Below are positions 8,962-17,096 of a stretch of DNA of 64,000 bases, one piece after another; the first letter of the stretch is position 1; each line of letters starts with the position of its first letter. Source of the DNA: a virus; the IMG/VR virus record IMGVR_UViG_3300006147_000011. The stretch is one strand, 5' to 3'. A program made the position numbers and the translations under genes. The notes under the pieces are model-generated. The model was given only the letters and a program-made list of their open reading frames with translations, was not told where the DNA came from and did no database searches.

Positions 8962-9940
8962 TTGTAGCCGCGACTCAGTTGTATTAAACTTTCCCGTTCC
9001 AAGGGCATTTGAAACAGACGCAGAAAGAGCAGATCGCCTTGAACTGGAAAACAAACAGCTCGTTGAAGAGCTTGCGGTTGAACGTATCATGAGACGTGAT
9101 GCAGAAGATCGCGTAGATAAACTACAACGGCAAATTTGCGAGCTTGAAAATAAACCACGTCGTAAGCGTCGAACAAAAGCCGAAATGGAAGCCGCGGAAC
9201 CCATAGTATTCTCTGAATTTAAGTCCGACGGCAAAAGGAAACCACGTCCGGCAGACCCGATACGTTCATATGAAGACTTTGCGTCAATCCAAAATTATTT
9301 TTTGGAGCAAGGCAAAATACGTGATTGGGCGTTGTGGACAATCGGAGTAAGCCTTGGATTGCGTATCTCGGACTTACTATCGCTAAAGATAAGTTACTTG
9401 CTCAATGACGATAGAACATTTCGTCAAAGAATGTATATCGTCGAACAAAAAACTTTGAAGATAAATAATTGCCTGATAACCCAATCAGTCAAAGACGCGG
9501 CGACGAAGTTATTTGACTCAATAAATTGGGACTTCGAGTTAGACGATTACCTCTTCAAAAGTAATAAGACGAAGGGCAAAATGTTTGAGGAATATGGGTG
9601 GAAGATTTTGTCCGACGCCGGCAAAGCTTTGAACCTACCAATTATAATAGGCTCACACACAATGCGTAAAAGCTTCGCCAACATTGCTGCTTGTGTAGAT
9701 AAGTCAAGTATCGACATGAACGCAATCACGAAAATCCAAGGGCTTTTGAACCATAGCGACCAGCGCGTCACTATGAGATATCTGGGCACTTATCAACAGA
9801 TGTTTGACAAAGCCCGTGAGTCCGTGAGCGAGTTCGTTCTGGGAAAGACTGACATACACGAAATCGTAGCAGGCAATAACTATACAATCGATGATATAGT
9901 TTCAAAGATTGACCAACTCGAAAAAAAATTATCAAATTAG
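8921..9940 (+). CDS. tyrosine site-specific recombinase/integrase (339 aa) with coiled-coil N-terminus
   Basis: Catalytic boxes LGLRISDLLSL (Arg), HTMRKSFANI (HxxR), RVTMRYL (Tyr). Confidence 0.6.
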   Translation: MKKYIWREMTMRTDCSRDSVVLNFPVPRAFETDAERADRLELENKQLVEELAVERIMRRDAEDRVDKLQRQICELENKPRRKRRTKAEMEAAEPIVFSEFKSDGKRKPRPADPIRSYEDFASIQNYFLEQGKIRDWALWTIGVSLGLRISDLLSLKISYLLNDDRTFRQRMYIVEQKTLKINNCLITQSVKDAATKLFDSINWDFELDDYLFKSNKTKGKMFEEYGWKILSDAGKALNLPIIIGSHTMRKSFANIAACVDKSSIDMNAITKIQGLLNHSDQRVTMRYLGTYQQMFDKARESVSEFVLGKTDIHEIVAGNNYTIDDIVSKIDQLEKKLSN

Positions 9941-9953
9941 GAGAACATCAGAG

Positions 9954-10490
9954 ATGAAACTTTTCAGTACAAACAGAAACTCAAAGGGCAAGCAGCTTGT
10001 ATGCGACGATGCTGTATTTGACCCCAACCTTATTATGACGCTACACGCCGATGCGGATGAAAAAGTCGTAACATTCCAGTACGACTTCGAGGAATGTGGA
10101 CATCCACTCAACCTCCCTTTTGACGTTCAGTCAGTCAGCTTCCTTGTGAAGTTTACAAAGCACGATATACATATTTGCGCAATAGCCGAGGCGTCTGACG
10201 AAATGGACGAGCAGTATGACGAATTTATTGGCGGCATAGGCGATGAAATTGAGTTCGACGTAAGGATGAGCGTTGAAGAAAAATATGCACTCCTCCTCTC
10301 ACTTTTCAATCCTTTGCTGTCAATGGTTAAGACAAAAGAAAAGTCGCCCACACCCAATGTTGCGCCGAACAAAGCAGACGCAAAAACATTGAAAAAGGAA
10401 TATCCTTTCGATGACAACACATTCAAGGCGGCGATGGCAGAATTGTTTACAAATATCTTTAACGGAAGCAATTTAGAGAACAAAAAGTAA
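9954..10490 (+). CDS. hypothetical protein
   Basis: ORF; RBS AGGAGA upstream of ATG 9954 (track start 9909 also possible). Confidence 0.4.
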   Translation: MKLFSTNRNSKGKQLVCDDAVFDPNLIMTLHADADEKVVTFQYDFEECGHPLNLPFDVQSVSFLVKFTKHDIHICAIAEASDEMDEQYDEFIGGIGDEIEFDVRMSVEEKYALLLSLFNPLLSMVKTKEKSPTPNVAPNKADAKTLKKEYPFDDNTFKAAMAELFTNIFNGSNLENKK

Positions 10491-10548
10491 GCCTGACAAA
10501 CTTCCCCCATTTTTCCTATCTTATACATAAAATTTAACTTATACGGCA

Positions 10549-10577
10549 TTGACTTATGTCTAATAATGTTGTATAAT
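10549..10577 (+). promoter_or_regulatory. sigma-70/SigA-type promoter TTGACT-17nt-TGnTATAAT
   Basis: TTGACT 10549-10554, 17-nt spacer, TG 10570-10571, TATAAT 10572-10577; GGAGG RBS 10583-10587, ATG 10597. Confidence 0.55.
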
Positions 10578-10596
10578 AAAATGGAGGTATAAGACA

Positions 10597-11508
10597 ATGA
10601 TAAACCAACAAGAATTTGTGGAAAGGTATTACCCTTCCGCGAACGCTTCACGCAAAAGCGACGTTATTAGATTCCTTGACAATCTTAGCGAGTTGGTTGG
10701 TAACACGCCAATCGCCGAGGCATTGAAAAGCAAGCAACTATTATGCAACGCTTTTTATGTACAAAAAGCGGGTAACAGCATATCTCGTCCGCACTATCAA
10801 AAAATCAAAGAGTATTTGCTTAACGTTTTTGAGTATGTGGGCGTCAACTCCGAAGTGCCGAGCCGCGATGAAGTAATTGCTTCTCAGGAAAGCGTTTGCT
10901 ATTTTAGAGGCATCAACGAACTTCTGTCATTTATAGATGCTGTTGGCGATGAAGTATTGACAGGTTACAACCCCACACAAGACCTTGTAAGAGTTAAGGC
11001 GGTGTGTGTATTGGGCTGGCTTGGGTTTACACCCGAAGACATAGCAAACCTTACTGTTCGAGACCTCACCCCTATCGGACTTGATGGTTATAAGATTTCT
11101 GGTAGAGGAGGCTCATTTGAGATTTACGGACAGCCATTCGCGGCAATATACTACTTATCAGATTTAGAGTCTTATAAAGGTTTACCGTCGGGCAGAAAGG
11201 TAATCTTAAAGGGCAATGATGATTACCTGTTTAGACCGACCGATGCGAATTGTGAGAAACTCGACGGCGGGCAAATAATCCAAATAATTAAGCGGTTTAA
11301 TATGAGCGTCCCTCGCTCAATGAAGACATCGATTATCTTCCGTAATTTGCACAAGAATGCTTTATTCCTTGAAATCTATAACGATAAAAGTGAGCAAAGC
11401 CTTATCAATAAAATTACGTCAATAATGGGTTGTACACTAAACTATGCCTTTAACTACCGCGATCAATACGTAGAGTTTGTTAAGACACTTGAAAACAACG
11501 AAATATAA
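10597..11508 (+). CDS. hypothetical protein (303 aa), possibly degenerate integrase-like
   Basis: Strong promoter and RBS; region VLGWLGFTPEDIANLTVRDL vaguely resembles the recombinase box but lacks the Arg. Confidence 0.45.
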   Translation: MINQQEFVERYYPSANASRKSDVIRFLDNLSELVGNTPIAEALKSKQLLCNAFYVQKAGNSISRPHYQKIKEYLLNVFEYVGVNSEVPSRDEVIASQESVCYFRGINELLSFIDAVGDEVLTGYNPTQDLVRVKAVCVLGWLGFTPEDIANLTVRDLTPIGLDGYKISGRGGSFEIYGQPFAAIYYLSDLESYKGLPSGRKVILKGNDDYLFRPTDANCEKLDGGQIIQIIKRFNMSVPRSMKTSIIFRNLHKNALFLEIYNDKSEQSLINKITSIMGCTLNYAFNYRDQYVEFVKTLENNEI

Positions 11509-11532
11509 GATTACGGTCTTATATTTTTAACG

Positions 11533-11555
11533 ATTATAAAACATATTTAGACATA
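11533..11555 (+). promoter_or_regulatory. copy 1 of the recurrent ATTATAAAACATATTTAGACA motif (-10-like TATAAA plus conserved leader)
   Basis: Identical core to copies at 14088, 15407, 15473 and 17072; immediately upstream of RBS AGGAGA and ATG 11567. Confidence 0.45.
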
Positions 11556-11566
11556 TAGGAGATTAC

Positions 11567-11812
11567 ATGGCATCACTTGAAGAACTGAACGTAAACTTGG
11601 ACGACGTATCATTCGAGCCCATAACAAATGTCGTATTCATTATGAAAAACGGCGCACAGATCGGCGTTGGAACACCTCTTACGGTTTCCGCCTTTACAGA
11701 AATTTGGAACACACGCAAGAGAAAACTCAAAGTTATAACGGGCAAAGACAGCTATGCGTACATCAACAAAAGGCGCGTAGATTTCTACCACGTCTTCCCC
11801 GTAACAAAATAA
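11567..11812 (+). CDS. hypothetical protein (81 aa)
   Basis: ORF with RBS. Confidence 0.4.
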   Translation: MASLEELNVNLDDVSFEPITNVVFIMKNGAQIGVGTPLTVSAFTEIWNTRKRKLKVITGKDSYAYINKRRVDFYHVFPVTK

Positions 11813-11950
11813 AATAATTGCGCCGCCATATGCGGCGAGGATTAAACGGATTAAAAGGTCATTAAATATCGAGAGGTTAATAAGATGAAATTTGATGACG
11901 ACCGTTGCGCTACTCAGCCTATACATAATAAAATCAATATAGGAGACAAT

Positions 11951-12160
11951 ATGTTATTTACAGTAGCTGAAGTAGCGGCAATCTTAAAGACAAATGTGGA
12001 TTACGTCCACAAACTCAGAAAAGCGAAATTATTGCCATTCATCAAGCTCGGCTCCTTCAAGGTTAGGAAAGAGTCTTTGGAAATCTTCCTGCAAAAGTAT
12101 GAAGGAAAAGACTTAACAGAGCCTACCAATATTAAGGAGCTCGACGATGGCAAAAATTAA
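11951..12160 (+). CDS. xis: excisionase-family helix-turn-helix DNA-binding protein
   Basis: MLFTVAEVAAILKTNVDYVHKLRKAKLLPFIKLGSFKVRKESL (HTH_17/Xis-like); overlaps the integrase start; RBS AGGAGA before ATG 11951. Confidence 0.55.
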   Translation: MLFTVAEVAAILKTNVDYVHKLRKAKLLPFIKLGSFKVRKESLEIFLQKYEGKDLTEPTNIKELDDGKN

Positions 12161-13445
12161 CGTAAGAGACAGGAACAGAAACAAGCCCGACAAGAAACCA
12201 AACTGGGAATACCGATTTGAGGCAGCTCGGGTTGATGGCAAAAGAAAGCACATATCCAAGGCTGGGTTCAAAACAAAAAAAGAAGCCTTGGAAGCAGGTG
12301 CTTTGGCGATGTCGGAGTATAATACGGCAGGACTTCACTTTGAACCCTCCGAGATTGGTGTTAATGATTACCTTGATTATTGGTATGAACAGTATTGCGT
12401 TACAAACTTAAAATATAATACGCTCGTGACATATCAAAACCTTATCAAGAAACACATTAAACCACACATAGGAATGTACAAACTTAAAAGTTTGAACCCT
12501 TCCGTATTGCAAGACTATGCAAACGAATTAAGCAAGAAAGGATATTCCATTTCTTATGTTTTTGGGATACTTTCCACCTTAAAGGTTGCTCTTGATTACG
12601 CAGTATTTCCCTTGAAATATATTCGAGACAACCCTATCACTTATATCAAGTTCCCTACTAATGGCAAGCGAAAACGTGCAAGGCAAGTAATAAGTCGCGA
12701 AGAATTTGAAAAAATAATGCAACGGTTCCCTTTTGGAAACCGCTTCCACATCCCCCTTCTCTTTGGGTGGTACTGCGGATTGAGAATATCAGAGGCGTTC
12801 GCTGTTACGTGGGAAGACATTGACTTTGAAAATAAAACCTTGAACGTTGACAAACAGATCATTAAGCGCAACTATGGTTTGGAAGAAAAGACTTCATTGC
12901 GCTACCGCAGAAACAACGAGAAATCTGCTTGGTATTTTGCTCCTCCAAAATATGACTCGTGTAGAGTGATAAAGATTGGAGACCACCTTATAGATATTCT
13001 CCGCCAAGAAAAGCAACGCCAAGAAAGTAACGAGCAACTCTATAGAGAATATTACACCACCTATGTGGCAGTAAATGAGATTGACGAGAAAGGTAATGAG
13101 ATTACGAGAATTGTGCCGGTACAAAAATGTATTGAAACGGTTCAACCTCATATTAACTTCGTATGCGTTGAAGAGAATGGAATCTTCTCTACAACAGACA
13201 CGTTCAAGTATGCGACTCGCGTCATTCAGGGACTAATAGAAACACCTTTTGACTTCCACTCGCTTCGTCATTCGCACGCTACGCTCCTTATAGAGAACGG
13301 TGTAAGCCCGAAAGCAGTACAGCAGAGACTTGGTCATAGAAGCATCGTTACGACGCTCCAGACCTACGTTAAAGCCACAGAGCATATGCAACAAGAAGCC
13401 GCTGACGCCTTTGAAGAGATAATGGCAACACCGCCCGCGGCATAA
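12147..13445 (+). CDS. int: tyrosine integrase (Tn916/phage Int type) with N-terminal arm-binding domain
   Basis: N-terminus MAKINVRDRNRNKPDKKPNWEYRF (arm-DNA-binding fold); GLRISEAFAVTWEDID, HSLRHSHATLL (HxxR), TTLQTYV (Tyr). Confidence 0.8.
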   Translation: MAKINVRDRNRNKPDKKPNWEYRFEAARVDGKRKHISKAGFKTKKEALEAGALAMSEYNTAGLHFEPSEIGVNDYLDYWYEQYCVTNLKYNTLVTYQNLIKKHIKPHIGMYKLKSLNPSVLQDYANELSKKGYSISYVFGILSTLKVALDYAVFPLKYIRDNPITYIKFPTNGKRKRARQVISREEFEKIMQRFPFGNRFHIPLLFGWYCGLRISEAFAVTWEDIDFENKTLNVDKQIIKRNYGLEEKTSLRYRRNNEKSAWYFAPPKYDSCRVIKIGDHLIDILRQEKQRQESNEQLYREYYTTYVAVNEIDEKGNEITRIVPVQKCIETVQPHINFVCVEENGIFSTTDTFKYATRVIQGLIETPFDFHSLRHSHATLLIENGVSPKAVQQRLGHRSIVTTLQTYVKATEHMQQEAADAFEEIMATPPAA

Positions 13446-13455
13446 AGGAACAAAG

Positions 13456-13896
13456 ATGAGACAGTTAATAATTGCAAGAAAGGATTTGAATATGTCAGCG
13501 GGTAAGTTGGCAGCGCAATGCTGCCACGCCTCTATGGCATTTATCACAAGCCCAATGCGCAACGGAAATTGCCAATGGGTTGGAACAGGCGGAATCACGT
13601 ACAAAGCGGACATAGATACCGACGTGTACAAGGAATGGATTTGCGGTATTTTCACGAAAACAATTTGCGAGGCAAAGAACCGCAACCAACTTATGAAAGC
13701 TGTTACTATGGCAAACGAACTTGGTCTGATTGAGGGCAAAGATTTCTTTCTCATTAAAGACAGTTGTCTTACCGAGCTTGAACCAGAAGAAATTGATGAG
13801 AATGGCATCGGCAGAACACTCACTTGTATAGGTTTTCGTCCACTCCCTGATGATATTGCTCATCTCATCAGCAAAAAGTACCAGCTTTACAAATGA
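13456..13896 (+). CDS. PTH2-family peptidyl-tRNA hydrolase
   Basis: RQLIIARKDLNMSAGKLAAQCCHASM matches the PTH2 core (vvRtDLkMgkGKiaAQcsHAa). Confidence 0.6.
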   Translation: MRQLIIARKDLNMSAGKLAAQCCHASMAFITSPMRNGNCQWVGTGGITYKADIDTDVYKEWICGIFTKTICEAKNRNQLMKAVTMANELGLIEGKDFFLIKDSCLTELEPEEIDENGIGRTLTCIGFRPLPDDIAHLISKKYQLYK

Positions 13897-13898
13897 TT

Positions 13899-14290
13899 TT
13901 TGTCCACCCGCTCTACAACCAGTGGACAATACGTGGACAAAAAGAAAAAGCGTGGACAATGCCACACTATATATTGTGTTTATCTATGCCGTTTTAACTA
14001 TATCTTGTGAATTTAGCGAAAATAAGTGAAAGTGTTTCCTAATAAATTTGTTTTACTCAACAAAAAGATTAGGTTTCACTACGCAACATATTTAGACACT
14101 CACAACAGAAAAAAAGTGCCGCAATTAGCGACACTAAATCATATATTAACATTAAAAAACATCCACGCTCACCTACTGTTACTTAGGCGGCGTGGACAAA
14201 TGGTGGACATAGAGAACTTTTACCCTTCTCACAGGCTCTTGACTACTTATCTCCATTATGATATAATGGAAATGCGTTGGCGGTGGACAC
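13899..14290 (+). promoter_or_regulatory. cluster of 7 GTGGACA(A/T/C) repeats (one inverted); candidate integrase arm-type sites / attP region
   Basis: TTGTCCAC 13899-13906; GTGGACAA 13922, 13933, 13952, 14192; GTGGACAT 14203; GTGGACAC 14283; non-coding AT-rich context right after int and pth2. Confidence 0.45.
14088..14100 (+). promoter_or_regulatory. copy of the CATATTTAGACAC motif
   Basis: Exact 13-mer shared with the other four copies. Confidence 0.35.
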
Positions 14291-14320
14291 AGTCTCCGCA
14301 CAGCAAAAGGAGAATTTAAT

Positions 14321-15043
14321 ATGACATTAGCACTTGTCGTGCTCATAGTCTTCTTGGTTGTGTGGTTCTTTGACTCCGCAAAGAAAAAAGAAGACAAGCG
14401 CACATATAGAGAAAAAACAATAACGAACGTAAAGCGCCAGGATGAACTTTGGTGTAATAACTTTTCCAAAGTCATGTCTGACTTAGAAGAGATTAGTCAA
14501 TCGATGACAGTAGACGGCAACTCAATAATGGAAACTATTGAGTCTCTATTTGTTAAATACGATATCCCTGATACGAGATCGGAAAGCGAAAAGATATCTG
14601 CGCTACAAAAACATTCGCGCCTATATAAAGAAGCTTGTAAATCAATTGCCGAAAACTATGAAGATGATTGTGCCTTTGCAAAAATTTTAGGCAATCAGCA
14701 ACCAGCCCAACAACAATTGGGATTGCATGATTTAATATGGTATTATCCTTGGCAGCCACCGTATATTGATAGACCCGAACTATTCTTTGGTGAACCGAAC
14801 GCCTCAATAACAATAGATGATATCGTATATAAATATGATAATTATGGACGTGCATCTAATTTGTTTGCAACAGAACCGGCTCGTTTAATTTTGCGTATAT
14901 GCAACTTGCTAACTATAAGAGCGTTAGACGAAGAGAAGGTAAATTATAGTTGGAATAGGCAAGAGTCACCTTGGCAGCAATCCGATATGCGCATTAAGCA
15001 ATACGAGGAAAATAAAAAACGCTATCCTTGGCTCTACAAATAA
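14321..15043 (+). CDS. membrane-anchored hypothetical protein (N-terminal TM helix)
   Basis: MTLALVVLIVFLVVWFF TM segment; RBS AAAGGAG upstream. Confidence 0.45.
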   Translation: MTLALVVLIVFLVVWFFDSAKKKEDKRTYREKTITNVKRQDELWCNNFSKVMSDLEEISQSMTVDGNSIMETIESLFVKYDIPDTRSESEKISALQKHSRLYKEACKSIAENYEDDCAFAKILGNQQPAQQQLGLHDLIWYYPWQPPYIDRPELFFGEPNASITIDDIVYKYDNYGRASNLFATEPARLILRICNLLTIRALDEEKVNYSWNRQESPWQQSDMRIKQYEENKKRYPWLYK

Positions 15044-15247
15044 TCAATCGCAATTTTGAGGCTTGCATCCCATTGCAACTCTCATTGCATCGGTCATTAT
15101 CTTCCACTCGTCTTCGCTTATAATTATAGCCTTGCCTGAATTGGTTTTAACGGAATAGAAATCCTCCCCCATTGACGCATTATTTATAAAATCGTCGGCA
15201 CGGTCAAGGAATTCATTTAGTTTTAACTCTGTCATAGGGCACCTCAT
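15044..15247 (-). CDS. small protein with Phd/YefM-antitoxin-like core (orphan)
   Basis: EDFYSVKTNSGKAIIISEDEWKIMTDAM resembles the Phd/YefM pattern; no adjacent toxin on the same strand. Confidence 0.3.
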   Translation of the reverse strand: MRCPMTELKLNEFLDRADDFINNASMGEDFYSVKTNSGKAIIISEDEWKIMTDAMRVAMGCKPQNCD

Positions 15248-15373
15248 TTGAAATTTGTATATACATTATATAATAAATGAGCATTAAAGGCAAGGTAAAA
15301 ACTATCGCTTTTGAAAACGTAATTGAAAGTGGCGAAAATGTAAAAAATTTTTTAGGAAATTGCCGAAAATCTC

Positions 15374-15420
15374 TTGACAATTTCCTTTACATATGGTATT
15401 ATAAAACATATTTAGACACA
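15374..15420 (+). promoter_or_regulatory. sigma-A-type promoter (TTGACA-17-TATTAT) fused to the conserved AAAACATATTTAGACACA leader motif
   Basis: TTGACA 15374-15379, TATTAT 15397-15402, motif 15403-15420. Confidence 0.5.
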
Positions 15421-15462
15421 TAATAGGATAAGTGCCGCCATTTGTGCGGTAATAAATATAAA

Positions 15463-15486
15463 TATTATACGACATATTTAGACACA
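15463..15486 (+). promoter_or_regulatory. second tandem copy TATTATACGACATATTTAGACACA about 65 nt downstream
   Basis: Read directly; followed by RBS GGAGAG and a 28-codon hydrophobic mini-ORF (15499..15585). Confidence 0.4.
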
Positions 15487-15627
15487 ACGGAGAGAATTAT
15501 GCTTTACTTTATGTTAGGTCTTATGTGCGGGGCTTTGCTTGCCCTGCTATACATAGATGGCGACAACAGACCGCCAAGATTTTAATTAAAAGTCTGAATA
15601 AAACTGATATTTTATTGAGGTGAAAAT

Positions 15628-15876
15628 ATGGACAAAAAGTTAACCTGTCCCTTTTGCGGCAGAGAAGTAAGAATTGTAGTCTGTGATGACGAAGGCAATA
15701 TCCATCCAGACGAATACGAAGACGATCCGTGGAGCGGCTTAGGCTATATGTTAGTTCACGAGGAAGCCGACGGTGTTCACTGTCCTATCGCAACAGAACC
15801 AGATGAACCATTAGGTCGTTTAATTTATGACTCACGCGAAGAAGCTATCAAAGTTTGGAGTACACGAAATGGCTAA
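15628..15876 (+). CDS. Lar-family restriction-alleviation-like zinc-ribbon protein
   Basis: N-terminal CPFCG, second Cys pair (VHCP), C-terminal EEAIKVWSTRNG matching the Lar eeAi.aWNrR ending. Confidence 0.5.
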   Translation: MDKKLTCPFCGREVRIVVCDDEGNIHPDEYEDDPWSGLGYMLVHEEADGVHCPIATEPDEPLGRLIYDSREEAIKVWSTRNG

Positions 15877-16828
15877 TACGTTGGTAGTTAATCTATTTGG
15901 CGTTCCTGGCGCAGGCAAAAGCACGGGAGCCGCATACATATTCTCCTGCATTAAAATGGCAGGCATCAATGCAGAACTTATAACCGAATATGCAAAAGAT
16001 AAAGTTTGGGAACGAAACGATGAAGCGTTCCGCAACCAAGCCTACATATTTGGAGAGCAATCTTATAGGATAAGCCGCTGCGCCGGTAAGGTTGATGTTA
16101 TCGTTACCGACAGCCCGCTTCCTTTAAGTGTAATGTACAACAACGACGAACGACTTACAGAAAACTTTAACAAAGCCGTAATGGATGTGTTCAACACATA
16201 CGACAACCTTAACTACCTCTTGCTGAGAGTTAAGCCGTACAATCCCGTTGGGCGTAAGCAGACTGAAGCTGAGTCAGACGCACTTGGTGCATCGGTTATC
16301 TCGCTCCTCAAAGACAGAAACATCCCCTACCGCTCCATTGAAGGCGATGTGAAAGGATATGACGAGATTGTTCGAGAAATTCTTTTAAGGATAAACGGAG
16401 AACAAATTATGAATGACATCACAGAGTTCAGAGGAAACAATTACTACCTAAGCAACTTCTACGAAAGAGACGTTACCTGTTTCGGTCTTACATTTAAGAA
16501 TAATGAAGCGGCGTTCCACGCAATGAAGTGTCCCGAAAGAGCAAGCGAGTTTTGCGACCTCGACCCGTCGGCGGCAAAGAAACTTGGGCGACACGTCCAA
16601 CTTCGTTCCGACTGGGAGCAAGTCAAAGAAGACATCATGCTCGAGGTTTGCCGCGCTAAGTTTATGCAACATCCTGACCTAAAAGAAAAACTACTCTCCA
16701 CTGGTTCCGTACAACTCATCGAGGGTAACGATTGGAACGACAGAGAATGGGGTGTATGCAACGGTGAGGGCAAAAACAAGCTCGGAAAAATTCTTATGCG
16801 AATCAGAGAGGAACTTTCAAATGCGTAG
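15869..16828 (+). CDS. fusion of N-terminal P-loop kinase domain and C-terminal NADAR (YbiA-like) domain
   Basis: Walker A GVPGAGKST; C-terminal YYLSNFY ... NNEAAFHAMK ... EGNDWNDREWG, the NADAR/DUF1768 signature; ATG 15869 overlaps the Lar stop. Confidence 0.6.
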   Translation: MANTLVVNLFGVPGAGKSTGAAYIFSCIKMAGINAELITEYAKDKVWERNDEAFRNQAYIFGEQSYRISRCAGKVDVIVTDSPLPLSVMYNNDERLTENFNKAVMDVFNTYDNLNYLLLRVKPYNPVGRKQTEAESDALGASVISLLKDRNIPYRSIEGDVKGYDEIVREILLRINGEQIMNDITEFRGNNYYLSNFYERDVTCFGLTFKNNEAAFHAMKCPERASEFCDLDPSAAKKLGRHVQLRSDWEQVKEDIMLEVCRAKFMQHPDLKEKLLSTGSVQLIEGNDWNDREWGVCNGEGKNKLGKILMRIREELSNA

Positions 16829-17054
16829 CACAAAGAAGATTACTGCGAGAGACGCCGGATGGGACGCTCGCCTTGATAGCGTTACCCCATCGCTGAAAAG
16901 AACAGCAAGACGACAGCTTAACCATAAATTGCGGCAACAGCAAAAACTTGAGCTTCGTAATATGTCGGAAATATGCGTTTGTTGCGGAGCTCCTCTTGGC
17001 GACGCCGAACTTGGAAAGATGATCTGTAGCGAATGTAGTAAATCTGACACATAA
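16821..17054 (+). CDS. small basic protein with C-terminal CxxC...CxxC zinc ribbon
   Basis: CVCCGAPLGDAELGKMICSECS; RBS GGAGG before ATG 16821. Confidence 0.4.
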   Translation: MRSTKKITARDAGWDARLDSVTPSLKRTARRQLNHKLRQQQKLELRNMSEICVCCGAPLGDAELGKMICSECSKSDT

Positions 17055-17063
17055 TTTTTTATC

Positions 17064-17086
17064 ATTATAAAACATATTTAGACACA
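17064..17086 (+). promoter_or_regulatory. copy of the ATTATAAAACATATTTAGACACA motif upstream of the HD-domain gene
   Basis: Exact match to copies at 11533 and 15399. Confidence 0.45.
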
Positions 17087-17096
17087 AGGAAACAAT

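Noticed and set aside
14026-14319. 97-aa + strand ORF
   Set aside because: Lies across the GTGGACA arm-site repeats in AT-rich non-coding DNA, with no RBS and odd composition; treated as attP/regulatory DNA.
15302-15487. 61-aa - strand ORF
   Set aside because: Overlaps the two tandem promoter/leader motifs and a TTGACA -35 on the opposite strand; translation is low-complexity.
11533-17086. Possible CRISPR-like array from the repeated CATATTTAGACA motif
   Set aside because: Copies are irregularly spaced (kilobases apart), short and lie in promoter positions. There is no repeat-spacer periodicity.
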